Source of the DNA: Anaerolineales bacterium
GTDB lineage: Bacteria > Chloroflexota > Anaerolineae > Anaerolineales > UBA11579
Length of the DNA stretch: 64,000 nucleotides
Reading direction: 5' to 3'
NCBI GenBank assembly: GCA_016932165.1
Contig: JAFGDK010000009.1
Location: 5,437-69,436 of the forward strand
Below, piece by piece: positions 28,900 through 37,423 of the stretch. The position numbers were made by a program, and so were the translations under genes. Every line of letters begins with the position of its first letter. The first letter of the stretch is position 1. The notes beneath the pieces are model-generated. The model had not been told where the DNA came from. It did not search any database and saw only the letters and a list, made by a program, of their open reading frames with translations.

Positions 28900-29637
28900 T
28901 TATCGCCGGAGATGAGGGCTCGCGCAATGCTGGCGAATCAGGCCTGAAAACTTGAACAGGTCTTTATCATCCTGCTGACAAGGATCGTCCAATTCAACTG
29001 CCAGCGAACTCCAAGTCTCCTGATTCTCTTCCGTGATCAAGCTTCTGCACTCGAAACCTGAGAAGTACACGAACAGATGGGGATATGTCTCGACGGAGCC
29101 CGGGCTTCCATCTGCCCAATGCTGTGTGCCAAAATGGAGACGGTCTCCAATATTCTCCCCTGGAGTTAATGGGCCATAGGAGCGCCAGCCTGCTGATTGC
29201 ATTGCACCATTATCCCAGATCCTGTATTAGTTGAATACTAAATCTTGCGAGAAGAAATTTTCCAAGACGAAATCGCCCTGGCATGCTTCTTTAGTTTCAT
29301 TTGACCCATCGTTATTCTTGTTGGCGAACTCAACCCGGTACATGGAAGGTGCAGCCTGGCATTCCTTGATTGCTTCAACAAGCTATTCACTCTGGTTAGT
29401 ATTACCCTCTTCGGGTTGGCTTGTCGGATAGTTGGCAGTCTCGCCGCTTCGCCAGGCGTTATAATCTTCTATGTCAATACCTCTCGCGCCGCTGCGATAA
29501 TCAGAATTGAATGGGTTATATGGTCTTCCTGACAGGAAGTCATCTTCAATCATTTCTCCGCCGGTAACCATGCAAAGAAAGGAATCGAGCGCTCCGCAGG
29601 AAAGAGAGAAAAAGGCAAAGGCCAACAAGAAAATCAC
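28900..29637 (-). pseudogene. possible decayed lipoprotein gene (three collinear ORF pieces interrupted by a frameshift and a TAA)
   Basis: The 29637..29383 piece has a lipoprotein-like signal (FFSLSCG). A protein-like reading (LVEAIKECQAAPSMYRVEFANK...) continues in another frame to a TAA. The same frame then continues into ORF 29202..28900. Confidence 0.35.
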
Positions 29638-29738
29638 TACGCCGACCCTGGGATTGTTTTTTATGTATTCCGCCTGGTGTGCTTCAGTTTTATGCCTGCC
29701 AGTCTATTTCGTCAGGGGAGGGGGTATTGAGGATGAGG

Positions 29739-30230
29739 TTATTCTGTTTCACCCACCTGTTGCAATTCTTCCAGCAGCCATGAGAGGATAAAGTCGGCGG
29801 CTTGCTGTTTAACCGCCAGCCGGTCTCCGCTGAAGATACGATGTGTGGAGATGGATTTCTCTGGCGTGCTGAGACCGAAATAAACCAGCCCGACGGGTTT
29901 TTGGGGCGTGCCGCCGCCTGGTCCGGCAATCCCGCTGATCGAGACCCCGATATCGGCATCCAACATCTTCCGCAGCCCTTCGGCCATCTCGATAACCACC
30001 TCGTCGCTGACTGCCCCGTGAGCATTGAGGGTATCCCATTTCACCCCCAGCAGGCGCACTTTGGCTTCATAGGCATAGGCCGTAATGCTGCCGAGGTAGT
30101 AATCTGACGACCCCGGGATATTGGTGATGCGGTGCCCGACCAACCCGCCCGTGCAAGATTCAGCGGCGGCAAAGGTCAGACCGCGCTGGCGCAAAAGGGC
30201 GCCAACGCGGGTTTCTAAACTCGGATCCAT
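29739..30230 (-). CDS. CinA-family protein (PncC-like NMN amidohydrolase domain)
   Basis: 163 aa with AESCTGG and typical CinA C-terminal domain motifs. Confidence 0.85.
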   Translation of the reverse strand: MDPSLETRVGALLRQRGLTFAAAESCTGGLVGHRITNIPGSSDYYLGSITAYAYEAKVRLLGVKWDTLNAHGAVSDEVVIEMAEGLRKMLDADIGVSISGIAGPGGGTPQKPVGLVYFGLSTPEKSISTHRIFSGDRLAVKQQAADFILSWLLEELQQVGETE

Positions 30231-30236
30231 CTGGGG

Positions 30237-31028
30237 TTATTCCTTTTTAGTAAATGAGCTTACCAGAACCCAACCGCCAAACAAGATCAATACAGCCGGG
30301 ATGATATATTTTGCCAGATTGGTGCCGGCAAAAAAGCCCAGACCAATCACGCCAAGGATCCCTCCGGGGATCAGTGCCCAGCGGTTTTGCTTGCGGTTGT
30401 TAAGGAAGACCACAAAGAAGGGAATCGCAATGGCAAACATGATGTAGGCTGGAATGGCTAGGTTCAGCAGGATGCGGGTATCGATCAGGAAGATCATCAT
30501 TCCGATGGCGAGCAGCGACCAGGCCGGGATCAGCGCCCACCAATTATCCCGGTTGAGGAAGAAAACCACCAGAAATGGAAGGGCAATGCTGCCAAGGATG
30601 TATAGCGGGACGACCCCGCCAGGCAGGAGGTTGAGTCCAAGCAGGAAGACCATCAGCCCAATGGAGACCATCACCCAGGAGGGGATCAGCGCCCACCAGT
30701 TTTCTTTTGGGTTGAACAGGAAGACCACAAAGAAAGGCAGGGCGACCAGCATCAGTACTGCCGGGGCGATGATCGTGCCGCGCAATAGATCGAGGGAGAC
30801 GATTGCGGTGATCAGGGCAGCCGACAATAAGATATAGGCCGGAATCAGCAGGACCCAATCCTTGCGGTCGGTGAGGAACAGCGCCAGGTTGACCAACCCA
30901 CCGCCTGCCAGGATCAGAACGATCATCCAGTCGGAGATGCTAACGAAAAGATTGAGCAGGGCGACAATCCCGAAGGTGATCAGCAGGATGCCCCAACCGA
31001 TATCACGTTTGTTTTCTCTTGAAACCAT
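30237..31028 (-). CDS. integral membrane protein built from about four tandem ~50-aa two-helix repeats
   Basis: Repeated blocks ...ALPFFVVFLFNPKENWWALIPSW..., ...ALPFLVVFFLNRDNWWALIPAW..., ...AIPFFVVFLNNRKQNRWALIPGG..., ...LALFLTDRKDWVLLIPAY.... Lies 6 nt from cinA. Confidence 0.75.
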   Translation of the reverse strand: MVSRENKRDIGWGILLITFGIVALLNLFVSISDWMIVLILAGGGLVNLALFLTDRKDWVLLIPAYILLSAALITAIVSLDLLRGTIIAPAVLMLVALPFFVVFLFNPKENWWALIPSWVMVSIGLMVFLLGLNLLPGGVVPLYILGSIALPFLVVFFLNRDNWWALIPAWSLLAIGMMIFLIDTRILLNLAIPAYIMFAIAIPFFVVFLNNRKQNRWALIPGGILGVIGLGFFAGTNLAKYIIPAVLILFGGWVLVSSFTKKE

Positions 31029-31254
31029 GTATACCTTCTCCTTGTAAAAATATGGTCAAAGCCAAGTTTTGTTTATTAGTATATACGATTGTTTGTGCTG
31101 AGGGTTGCACACTTGATGATGGTCTTGTCACTCCGGCGGAAACCCATATGTTTGGCAAAGATCATGGATCAGATTAGATCTGCCAGGCATCGCCCAACCA
31201 GGGTTTTACTCAGAAGTTTTTCCTTTCGCCCCGGGTTTCTGGGTGGATTAAATG

Positions 31255-31304
31255 CCAAAAAATAGAAAGGGCGGCTGGCTGAGATAAGCTCAGGTAGGCC
31301 GCCC
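31255..31304 (-). terminator. rho-independent terminator downstream of pepF
   Basis: On the minus strand: GGGCGGC...(inner CTGAG/CTCAG)...GCCGCCC followed by TTTCTATTTTTT. Confidence 0.6.
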
Positions 31305-31325
31305 AATTTGTTTGCAAGCGTCTGC

Positions 31326-33149
31326 CTAACTGGTCAGTTCTTCGATCTGATCGACCATGCTGGCCAGTACGCCAAAGGCAGCCTTCACCGGCTCTGGTGA
31401 GGTCATATCTACCCCCGCCAGTTTGAACTGGTCCATGGTGTACATAGAGGTGCCAGTAGAAATGAACTTGAGATAGTTGGCTGCTGTCCCTGGTTCTCCG
31501 GCTTTGATCCTGGAAGTCAGTAGATCGGCAGCCGAGATGCCCACCGCGTACTGGAAAGTGTAAAAGGGGATGTAGAGATGGCCAAATTGGGCAAAGGTGG
31601 TGGCGGTGCGCTCAGGGTCGTCTGTCATCGTGTCGCCATAGCCAGCGGCATAAATTTCTTTCATGATGTCTTGCAGGATTCCAGCTGAAAGCGGCTTGTT
31701 CTGCTCTGCCCGGGTGTAGACTTCCAATTCAAAGGCGGCCAGGTTGAGCATCTGGAACAGGTAGCGGTGGTAGTTGTCCATGGCCTCCTCCAGCAAGGCC
31801 AACTGGAACTCGACATCGTCAGCGCGTGATTGACGCAGGTAGTTGCGGGTCATGGCCTGGTTGGTGTTGGAGGCGGTCTCGGCCAGGGCCATGGAACCAT
31901 ATGTGGCGTAGATTTCGGGTTGGTTTTTGTTGGTGAAATAGGCGTGCATGGAGTGTCCCAGCTCGTGCGAGAGGGTGGACATTGCCGAGATATCATTGGT
32001 AAAAGACATCATGATCAGAGGGGGCAGATTTTCTTTGCCAAGGGTGGAGAAAGCGCCCTGGCTTTTGGTGTTATTCGGGGCCCAGTCTACCCAGTTGTCC
32101 TCAAGGCAGCCCTTGCGAAGGATTGAGACATATTCCTCTCCAAGTTCTTTGTTCCCTTCAGTGATCATTTCAACTGCTTCTCCAAAACTGATCTCTGGCG
32201 GATTTTTGCTCAGCGGCGCCCAGATATCGTAGGGATGGATTTGATCAACTCCCAGGGCGCGGCGTTTCACGTCCCAGTATTTGTGCCAGGTGGGCAGGTT
32301 GGCCTTAAAGGTGTCAATCAGGTTGTGGAAGACCTCTAGCGGCACGTTGAAGGGTTTTAACTGCGACTCCAATACTGAGCTGTAACCGTGCACGCGGGCA
32401 TTGAAGACCTGGGCTTTGACGTAGGCCAGGTAGTTGCTGGCAAAGGTGTTGATATGTGATTTGTAGCCATCACAAAAGCTTTCCCAGGCGGTGCGCCGCA
32501 CTTCCCGGTCGGGGTTGGTCGCATTCTTGTCCAACAAACCCTGGGTAACAGGGAATTCTTTCCCATCGGTACTTAAGGCGGGTGAGAATTTTATGTCAGT
32601 TTCAGCCAATTCATCTGCAGTCTGTGTAATCTGCCGGAAAGTATCCTGGAGCAAGCCGAGGATTTCCTCGACCTCGGAAGAGCGGGTGTGTTCCTTCATC
32701 CGTATCAAATTGTGGAACAGGTGGTAATGCTTCTCCAACCGGGGTTCTTGTCTGGTCCATTTAAGGATTTCTTCGCCGATTTGAAGTAATTCGGGTTCAA
32801 CAAAGGCGGTCATCGCGGCGGCCTGGCTCATCAAGCCCATGATTTGCCCCACGTAGGCTTTAGGTTCCTGGTCTGATTTATCAACAGCCATGGCAAAATG
32901 AGCGAAGGTCATCATTTTTAAGGCACGTGGCAGTTGCAATTCCCATTCTTGATAAAAGTCAGCCACCGTGGATGGGCCTTCCTTGAAGCGGCCTTTATAT
33001 GCGGCCAGCCTGGAGAGATCGGCTTGGGCGGCTTCAAAATCAGCCTCAAAGGCTTTCCAGTCGGCGTAAATCGCTTTGGGATTCCATTTACTTTCAGGGG
33101 GAAAATCAGATCGATTTGACTTTGTGGACATAATGGAACGTACCTCCAT
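31326..33149 (-). CDS. pepF: oligoendopeptidase F (M3B metallopeptidase)
   Basis: HELGHSMH zinc motif with M3B-like length and layout. An alternative ATG lies at 33131. Confidence 0.9.
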   Translation of the reverse strand: MEVRSIMSTKSNRSDFPPESKWNPKAIYADWKAFEADFEAAQADLSRLAAYKGRFKEGPSTVADFYQEWELQLPRALKMMTFAHFAMAVDKSDQEPKAYVGQIMGLMSQAAAMTAFVEPELLQIGEEILKWTRQEPRLEKHYHLFHNLIRMKEHTRSSEVEEILGLLQDTFRQITQTADELAETDIKFSPALSTDGKEFPVTQGLLDKNATNPDREVRRTAWESFCDGYKSHINTFASNYLAYVKAQVFNARVHGYSSVLESQLKPFNVPLEVFHNLIDTFKANLPTWHKYWDVKRRALGVDQIHPYDIWAPLSKNPPEISFGEAVEMITEGNKELGEEYVSILRKGCLEDNWVDWAPNNTKSQGAFSTLGKENLPPLIMMSFTNDISAMSTLSHELGHSMHAYFTNKNQPEIYATYGSMALAETASNTNQAMTRNYLRQSRADDVEFQLALLEEAMDNYHRYLFQMLNLAAFELEVYTRAEQNKPLSAGILQDIMKEIYAAGYGDTMTDDPERTATTFAQFGHLYIPFYTFQYAVGISAADLLTSRIKAGEPGTAANYLKFISTGTSMYTMDQFKLAGVDMTSPEPVKAAFGVLASMVDQIEELTS

Positions 33150-33382
33150 GGTAGTTGTACCGTAATTGTACCTTATTGAAATTAATGGTGATAGGGAAGT
33201 GGATTTGATCTATTGATTGTTTTCGTAATCAGAACACTTTCTCTGCGCTGTTTTTATTCCGAATCATCAGGTGATGATTTGTTCATCCGGTTATTTTCCT
33301 TAGAAATTTGTAAATCCAATCTGCAGTTGGTTCACTTTTTGGTACAATATGAGGGTTAATTTCAAAGTGAGGAGTAATCAGA

Positions 33383-33532
33383 ATGGCACAAAAGAAGAAA
33401 AAGGGGTCCGCACCCCGTAGTAAAGAGCCAGTCAAGAGGAAAAAAAGCCTCAACCAAATCCTGTTTTCAGTCTTTGCGGTCTTCATGGTTTTGTTGATGG
33501 TTGTTCCGTATTTGCTGAGCCTGCTTCAGTAA
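33383..33532 (+). CDS. 49-aa small tail-anchored membrane protein (below the ORF-track cutoff)
   Basis: MAQKKKKGSAPRSKEPVKRKKSLNQILFSVFAVFMVLLMVVPYLLSLLQ. GAGGAG lies 8-9 nt upstream of the ATG, and a strong terminator starts 19 nt after the stop. The competing antisense ORF 33283..33486 has no such signals. Confidence 0.5.
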   Translation: MAQKKKKGSAPRSKEPVKRKKSLNQILFSVFAVFMVLLMVVPYLLSLLQ

Positions 33533-33550
33533 TTAAACTGAACGAAAAAT

Positions 33551-33607
33551 ACACCTCAATCCGCCTGGTGTGGCTTTCCATTCAGGTGGATTGAGGTGTT
33601 TTCGTTT
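33551..33607 (+). terminator. rho-independent terminator
   Basis: ACACCTCAATCCGCCTG...CAGGTGGATTGAGGTGT (17-nt arms, one mismatch) followed by TTTTCGTTT. Confidence 0.7.
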
Positions 33608-33663
33608 ATTTGGTTTTAGAAACCATCAATGATATAATACTGAGAGTAAGTATCAATTAGGCG

Positions 33664-34101
33664 GTGAATTTGACAGGAGAAATCTTGCTGGATACTGCGA
33701 TACAGCGGTTGAAAAACGCTGGTTATAAGCTAACCAATGCCCGGCGCATGGTGCTGGAAATTTTGTGCCGGGATGACGCCCATCTTACCTCTGCTGAGGT
33801 GTTGGAACGCGCTTCATTGGGGAAAGATCCAATTGGCCGTGCAACTGTTTTTCGTACCCTGGACCTGCTGACAGAACTGGCGATTATCCGGCCAACCTAC
33901 CTGCGTCCGGGCACCCCGCATTATATTGTGATGCCAGAAAATGGACATCATGCCCATATCATCTGCCCTAAGTGTCAACGAGTGATCGAAATTGATGACT
34001 GCGAAATCGAAGGGCTGCTGGATGAATTGGTATTAAGGCACAAGATCAAGATCAGTGGTCATTTGCTCGAGCTCTATGGAGAATGCGAGTACTGCCGGTA
34101 A
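33664..34101 (+). CDS. zur: Fur-family metalloregulator, probably Zur
   Basis: Winged-helix N-domain, HHAH plus CPKC...CEYC metal sites, and GTG start. Lies immediately upstream of the znuACB-like operon. Confidence 0.75.
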   Translation: MNLTGEILLDTAIQRLKNAGYKLTNARRMVLEILCRDDAHLTSAEVLERASLGKDPIGRATVFRTLDLLTELAIIRPTYLRPGTPHYIVMPENGHHAHIICPKCQRVIEIDDCEIEGLLDELVLRHKIKISGHLLELYGECEYCR

Positions 34102-34211
34102 GATTCTGCCCTCTATCCCACTCTAGTAATTGAGACCAAGTATCGTTTATGTTAACAGGAGCTGGGCGTTTTCAGGAATTTTGATACAAATTCTCAGTTT
34201 GAGAGGATAAA

Positions 34212-35174
34212 ATGAGGAAATTTTGGTACATCATCTTTCTGTTGGTCATTGGACTGATTCTGCTTGCTGCCTGCGGTGCCGAACCACAGCAAGACAACAG
34301 TAAGCTCGCTGTGGTGGCAACCACCAGCATAATTGGGGATGTGGTCGCCAACATTGGCGGCGATATGATCGAGCTGACTGTGATTGTGGGGATTGGCCAG
34401 AACCCGCACAGCTTCGAACCCACGCCGAAGGATTTGGCTGCGATTGAAACCGCTGATGTGGTGTTCATTAACGGGTTGGACCTGGAAGAAATGCTGGTCG
34501 AGGCAATTGACGATATTGCCACCGGCGTAGTGGCGTCAGTTTCGATTGGTATTGACCCATTACCCTTTGGCGATGATCAATACGCAGACCACAGGGATGA
34601 CGAGCAGGAAGAGGAAGACAATCACACAGCAGGTGATCCGCATTTCTGGGTGGATCCCAATAATGTGATTGTGTGGGTGGAAAATATTGCCCGAGTGCTG
34701 TCGGAAGCTGACCCGGTAAATGCAGTGGGCTTCAATGAGAATGCCGCCGCCTATAGTGTGGAGCTGAATGCTTTGGATGCGTACATCCGCCAGCAAACAG
34801 CCCAAATCCCAGAAGAAGAACGTAAAATTGTTACTGACCATCATTCCCTTGGCTATTTTGCCGAGGAGTACGGATATCAGATCATCGGAGCCGTGATACC
34901 CAGCACCTCGGATACTGGCGGTGCCTCGGCCGGCGAAGTGGCAGAACTAGCCGGGTTGATGAAAGCAGAGGATGTGCGGGCGATCTTCATCGGGGAAACA
35001 GCAGGACAGGGGATGCAGAACCTGGCAGAAGCGCTGGCTGAGGAAGTTGGTGGTGCGGTGCAGATCATTACATTGCTGACAGGATCTCTGGCCGAAGCAG
35101 GAGAGCCAGGCGACACTTACCTGGGTTACCTGCGGTACAATACTGATCAGATTGTGGCCGGGTTGGCAAACTGA
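34212..35174 (+). CDS. znuA: cluster-9 metal ABC transporter substrate-binding lipoprotein (ZnuA-like; Zn more likely than Mn)
   Basis: Lipobox LLAAC and ZnuA/TroA fold motifs (NPHSFEP, DPHFW). It has a charged His/Asp/Glu loop (DHRDDEQEEEDNHTAGDPH). Confidence 0.75.
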   Translation: MRKFWYIIFLLVIGLILLAACGAEPQQDNSKLAVVATTSIIGDVVANIGGDMIELTVIVGIGQNPHSFEPTPKDLAAIETADVVFINGLDLEEMLVEAIDDIATGVVASVSIGIDPLPFGDDQYADHRDDEQEEEDNHTAGDPHFWVDPNNVIVWVENIARVLSEADPVNAVGFNENAAAYSVELNALDAYIRQQTAQIPEEERKIVTDHHSLGYFAEEYGYQIIGAVIPSTSDTGGASAGEVAELAGLMKAEDVRAIFIGETAGQGMQNLAEALAEEVGGAVQIITLLTGSLAEAGEPGDTYLGYLRYNTDQIVAGLAN

Positions 35175-35220
35175 CCCAATCCTGCTTTAGATGATCACTG
35201 AGTCACACGGATAGAGGATT

Positions 35221-36030
35221 ATGGTCACAAAATTGCTGGATTACGGGAAACCATGTGACACCCCTGCGATTGCGGATACCCCAGCCCTATTGGTAACGGG
35301 AGTGAATTTTTCATATCCTCAATTGAACCACAGGGTGCTGGAAAATATAAACCTGGTGATCCATCCTGGTGAAAATATTGCCCTGGTTGGTCCCAACGGG
35401 GCGGGGAAATCTACGCTGATAAAACTTGTCGCCGGGTTGGAGAAGATCCAGGCTGGAACGATTGAGGTGTATGGCAATCCGGCAACTGCCTGCAAACATC
35501 GCATCTCGCTGGTGCCGCAGCGCAGTCAGGTTGACTGGAGCTTCCCGGTCAGCGTGCGCGAGGTGGTGATGATGGGGCGCTATGCGCATCTGGGGTGGGT
35601 CAAACGACCAAGACAAGAGGATCACGACAGGGTGGAAGCAGCTCTCAAGCGGCTGGAAATTGACTGTCTGGCTGAGCGGCAGGTGGGTGATCTCTCTGGC
35701 GGGCAGCAGCAGCGAGTGATGCTGGCGCGGGCGATTGCTCATGACGCCGATCTGCTGCTGTTGGATGAGCCGCTTAACCATGTGGATATCGCCACCCAGG
35801 AGTTGATCTTCCACCTGCTGGAAGAGTTGTGCGAGCAGGGTAAAGCTGCAATCACCAGCACGCATGATCTGGGGATTTTGCCGGTGCATTTCTGCCGGGC
35901 GGTATTCATTGACCGGCAGGTGATTGCAGACGGGGCGGTGGACGAAGTGCTGACCGCCGAGAACATTGCCCGCGCCTATGGATTTGAGTTCCACAAACAA
36001 AAGGACCTGAGCCAATGGTTGAATGGATAA
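35221..36030 (+). CDS. znuC: metal ABC transporter ATP-binding protein
   Basis: Walker A GPNGAGKST, LSGGQQQRV signature, and LLLLDEP Walker B. Confidence 0.85.
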   Translation: MVTKLLDYGKPCDTPAIADTPALLVTGVNFSYPQLNHRVLENINLVIHPGENIALVGPNGAGKSTLIKLVAGLEKIQAGTIEVYGNPATACKHRISLVPQRSQVDWSFPVSVREVVMMGRYAHLGWVKRPRQEDHDRVEAALKRLEIDCLAERQVGDLSGGQQQRVMLARAIAHDADLLLLDEPLNHVDIATQELIFHLLEELCEQGKAAITSTHDLGILPVHFCRAVFIDRQVIADGAVDEVLTAENIARAYGFEFHKQKDLSQWLNG

Positions 36031-36836
36031 TTGAGCCGCTGAGCTATGCTTTCATCATGCGCGGTCTGGCGGCGGCCATTTTAACGGGGATCGCCTGTGC
36101 GGTGCTGAGTGCTTTTGTGGTCTGGCGGGGGATGTCCTTTGTGGGGGATGCCATGGCGCATGCCATTCTGCCGGGAATCGTGCTGGCATATATTACCGGT
36201 ACCAGCCTGTTCTTCGGCGCGCTGGGGATGGCAGTCATTGTGGCTGCAGGGATTGGCTGGCTCTCACGCAGAGGGGAGATCAAAGAGGATACCGCCATTG
36301 GGGTGATCTTCACCGGCTTCTTTGCCCTGGGGATCCTGATGCTCAGCCGGGTAACCAGCTACCAGGACCTGACCCATATCCTGTTCGGCGATATCCTAGG
36401 AGTTTCAACTGGCGATCTGACGATCATGCTGGTGATCATGGTGATCGTGCTGGCAGTGATATTTGTTTTCTACAAGGAATTACTGGTGACCTCGTTCGAT
36501 CCCAGCCATTCGATTGCCATCGGCCTCTCCCCGGAACTGGTGCGCTACGGCTTGTTGATGCTGATTGCGCTGACCGTGGTTTCAGCGATCCAGGTGGTGG
36601 GGGTGGTGCTGGTGCTGGCATTATTGATCACGCCCGCAGCAGCGGCTTCCCAGCTTGCCCGGCGGTTACCGGCAATCATCGGTTTGAGCGTGCTCTTTGC
36701 GGTGATCTCAGCCATCGTTGGCTTTTATGCCTCTTATTATGCCAACGTGGCTTCAGGGTCAGCGGTGGTGCTCACCCTGACGGTGATCTTTGGTATCAGC
36801 TTTGGGGTGAACACGCTTAAGAATCGAATCAAGTAG
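36015..36836 (+). CDS. znuB: metal ABC transporter permease
   Basis: ABC-3 type polytopic permease. Overlaps znuC by 16 nt. Confidence 0.85.
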   Translation: MVEWIIEPLSYAFIMRGLAAAILTGIACAVLSAFVVWRGMSFVGDAMAHAILPGIVLAYITGTSLFFGALGMAVIVAAGIGWLSRRGEIKEDTAIGVIFTGFFALGILMLSRVTSYQDLTHILFGDILGVSTGDLTIMLVIMVIVLAVIFVFYKELLVTSFDPSHSIAIGLSPELVRYGLLMLIALTVVSAIQVVGVVLVLALLITPAAAASQLARRLPAIIGLSVLFAVISAIVGFYASYYANVASGSAVVLTLTVIFGISFGVNTLKNRIK

Positions 36837-36857
36837 AGTTTGGGCAGCAAACGCTTA

Positions 36858-37133
36858 AAGATGACAGACCCCAAACCTAATGATTGGGGAAATGAAACGC
36901 ACTGAGGTGATTTCCAGTGCGTTTGATTGTATTTACAGCTTGATGCGCAGGTGCTAAATGCCCTGGTATAAATGTCAAGGTACGAAAAGGTTACAAAAGG
37001 TTACAAAAGGTTACACTTTTTTATTTGTTCTTGAAAGTTTCAAGCGAGTAGACAAACAGCAGGCTGGATTTGTGGAAGCCGGGTATTGAGTATTGGGATT
37101 GGAAATGGGTGTGGAGAAAGATGATACATCACC
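36858..37133. repeat. dispersed intergenic repeat, copy A (partner at 50521..50812, same orientation)
   Basis: Collinear with copy B. Shared parts are hairpin CCCCAA-9nt-TTGGGG (36869..36889), hairpin CGCACTG-AGGTGATTTC-CAGTGCG (36898..36921), the conserved block GCTTGA..GCAG..CTAAAT.CCCTGGTA, the tandem GGTTACAAAA array (36979..37016), GTTTCAAGCG.GTAGACAAAC.GCA, and GTATTGGGATTGGAAA. Confidence 0.8.
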
Positions 37134-37423
37134 CAGGGAGCAACTTGGGGAAATGATGGGTCTCTCGCTTGTCAGGGATTAAATTTGGGGCGGGTCATGT
37201 CAGGCACTCAGGTGCTTAAGTTTCTCCCCCTGAATGGTTTCTCTCTTCATGATTTTCCACTAGAATCAAGTTAGATATATAATCTTCAACCCTTTACCAG
37301 CTTTGTACATCTTTGGTGCCCCTCGCTTTCTAAAGGGGAAGGGTGTATGCGCAGCAGACGGGATGGGGTTCGTACCAAATCATAAAACCCAATCTTGGGG
37401 AAGATAACACACAAGGAGTCACT

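Noticed and set aside
36979-37016. Tandem GGTTACAAAA units as a possible CRISPR or minisatellite
   Set aside because: The units are 10 bp with no spacers and no cas genes, so this is not a CRISPR array. It is kept as part of the dispersed-repeat finding instead.
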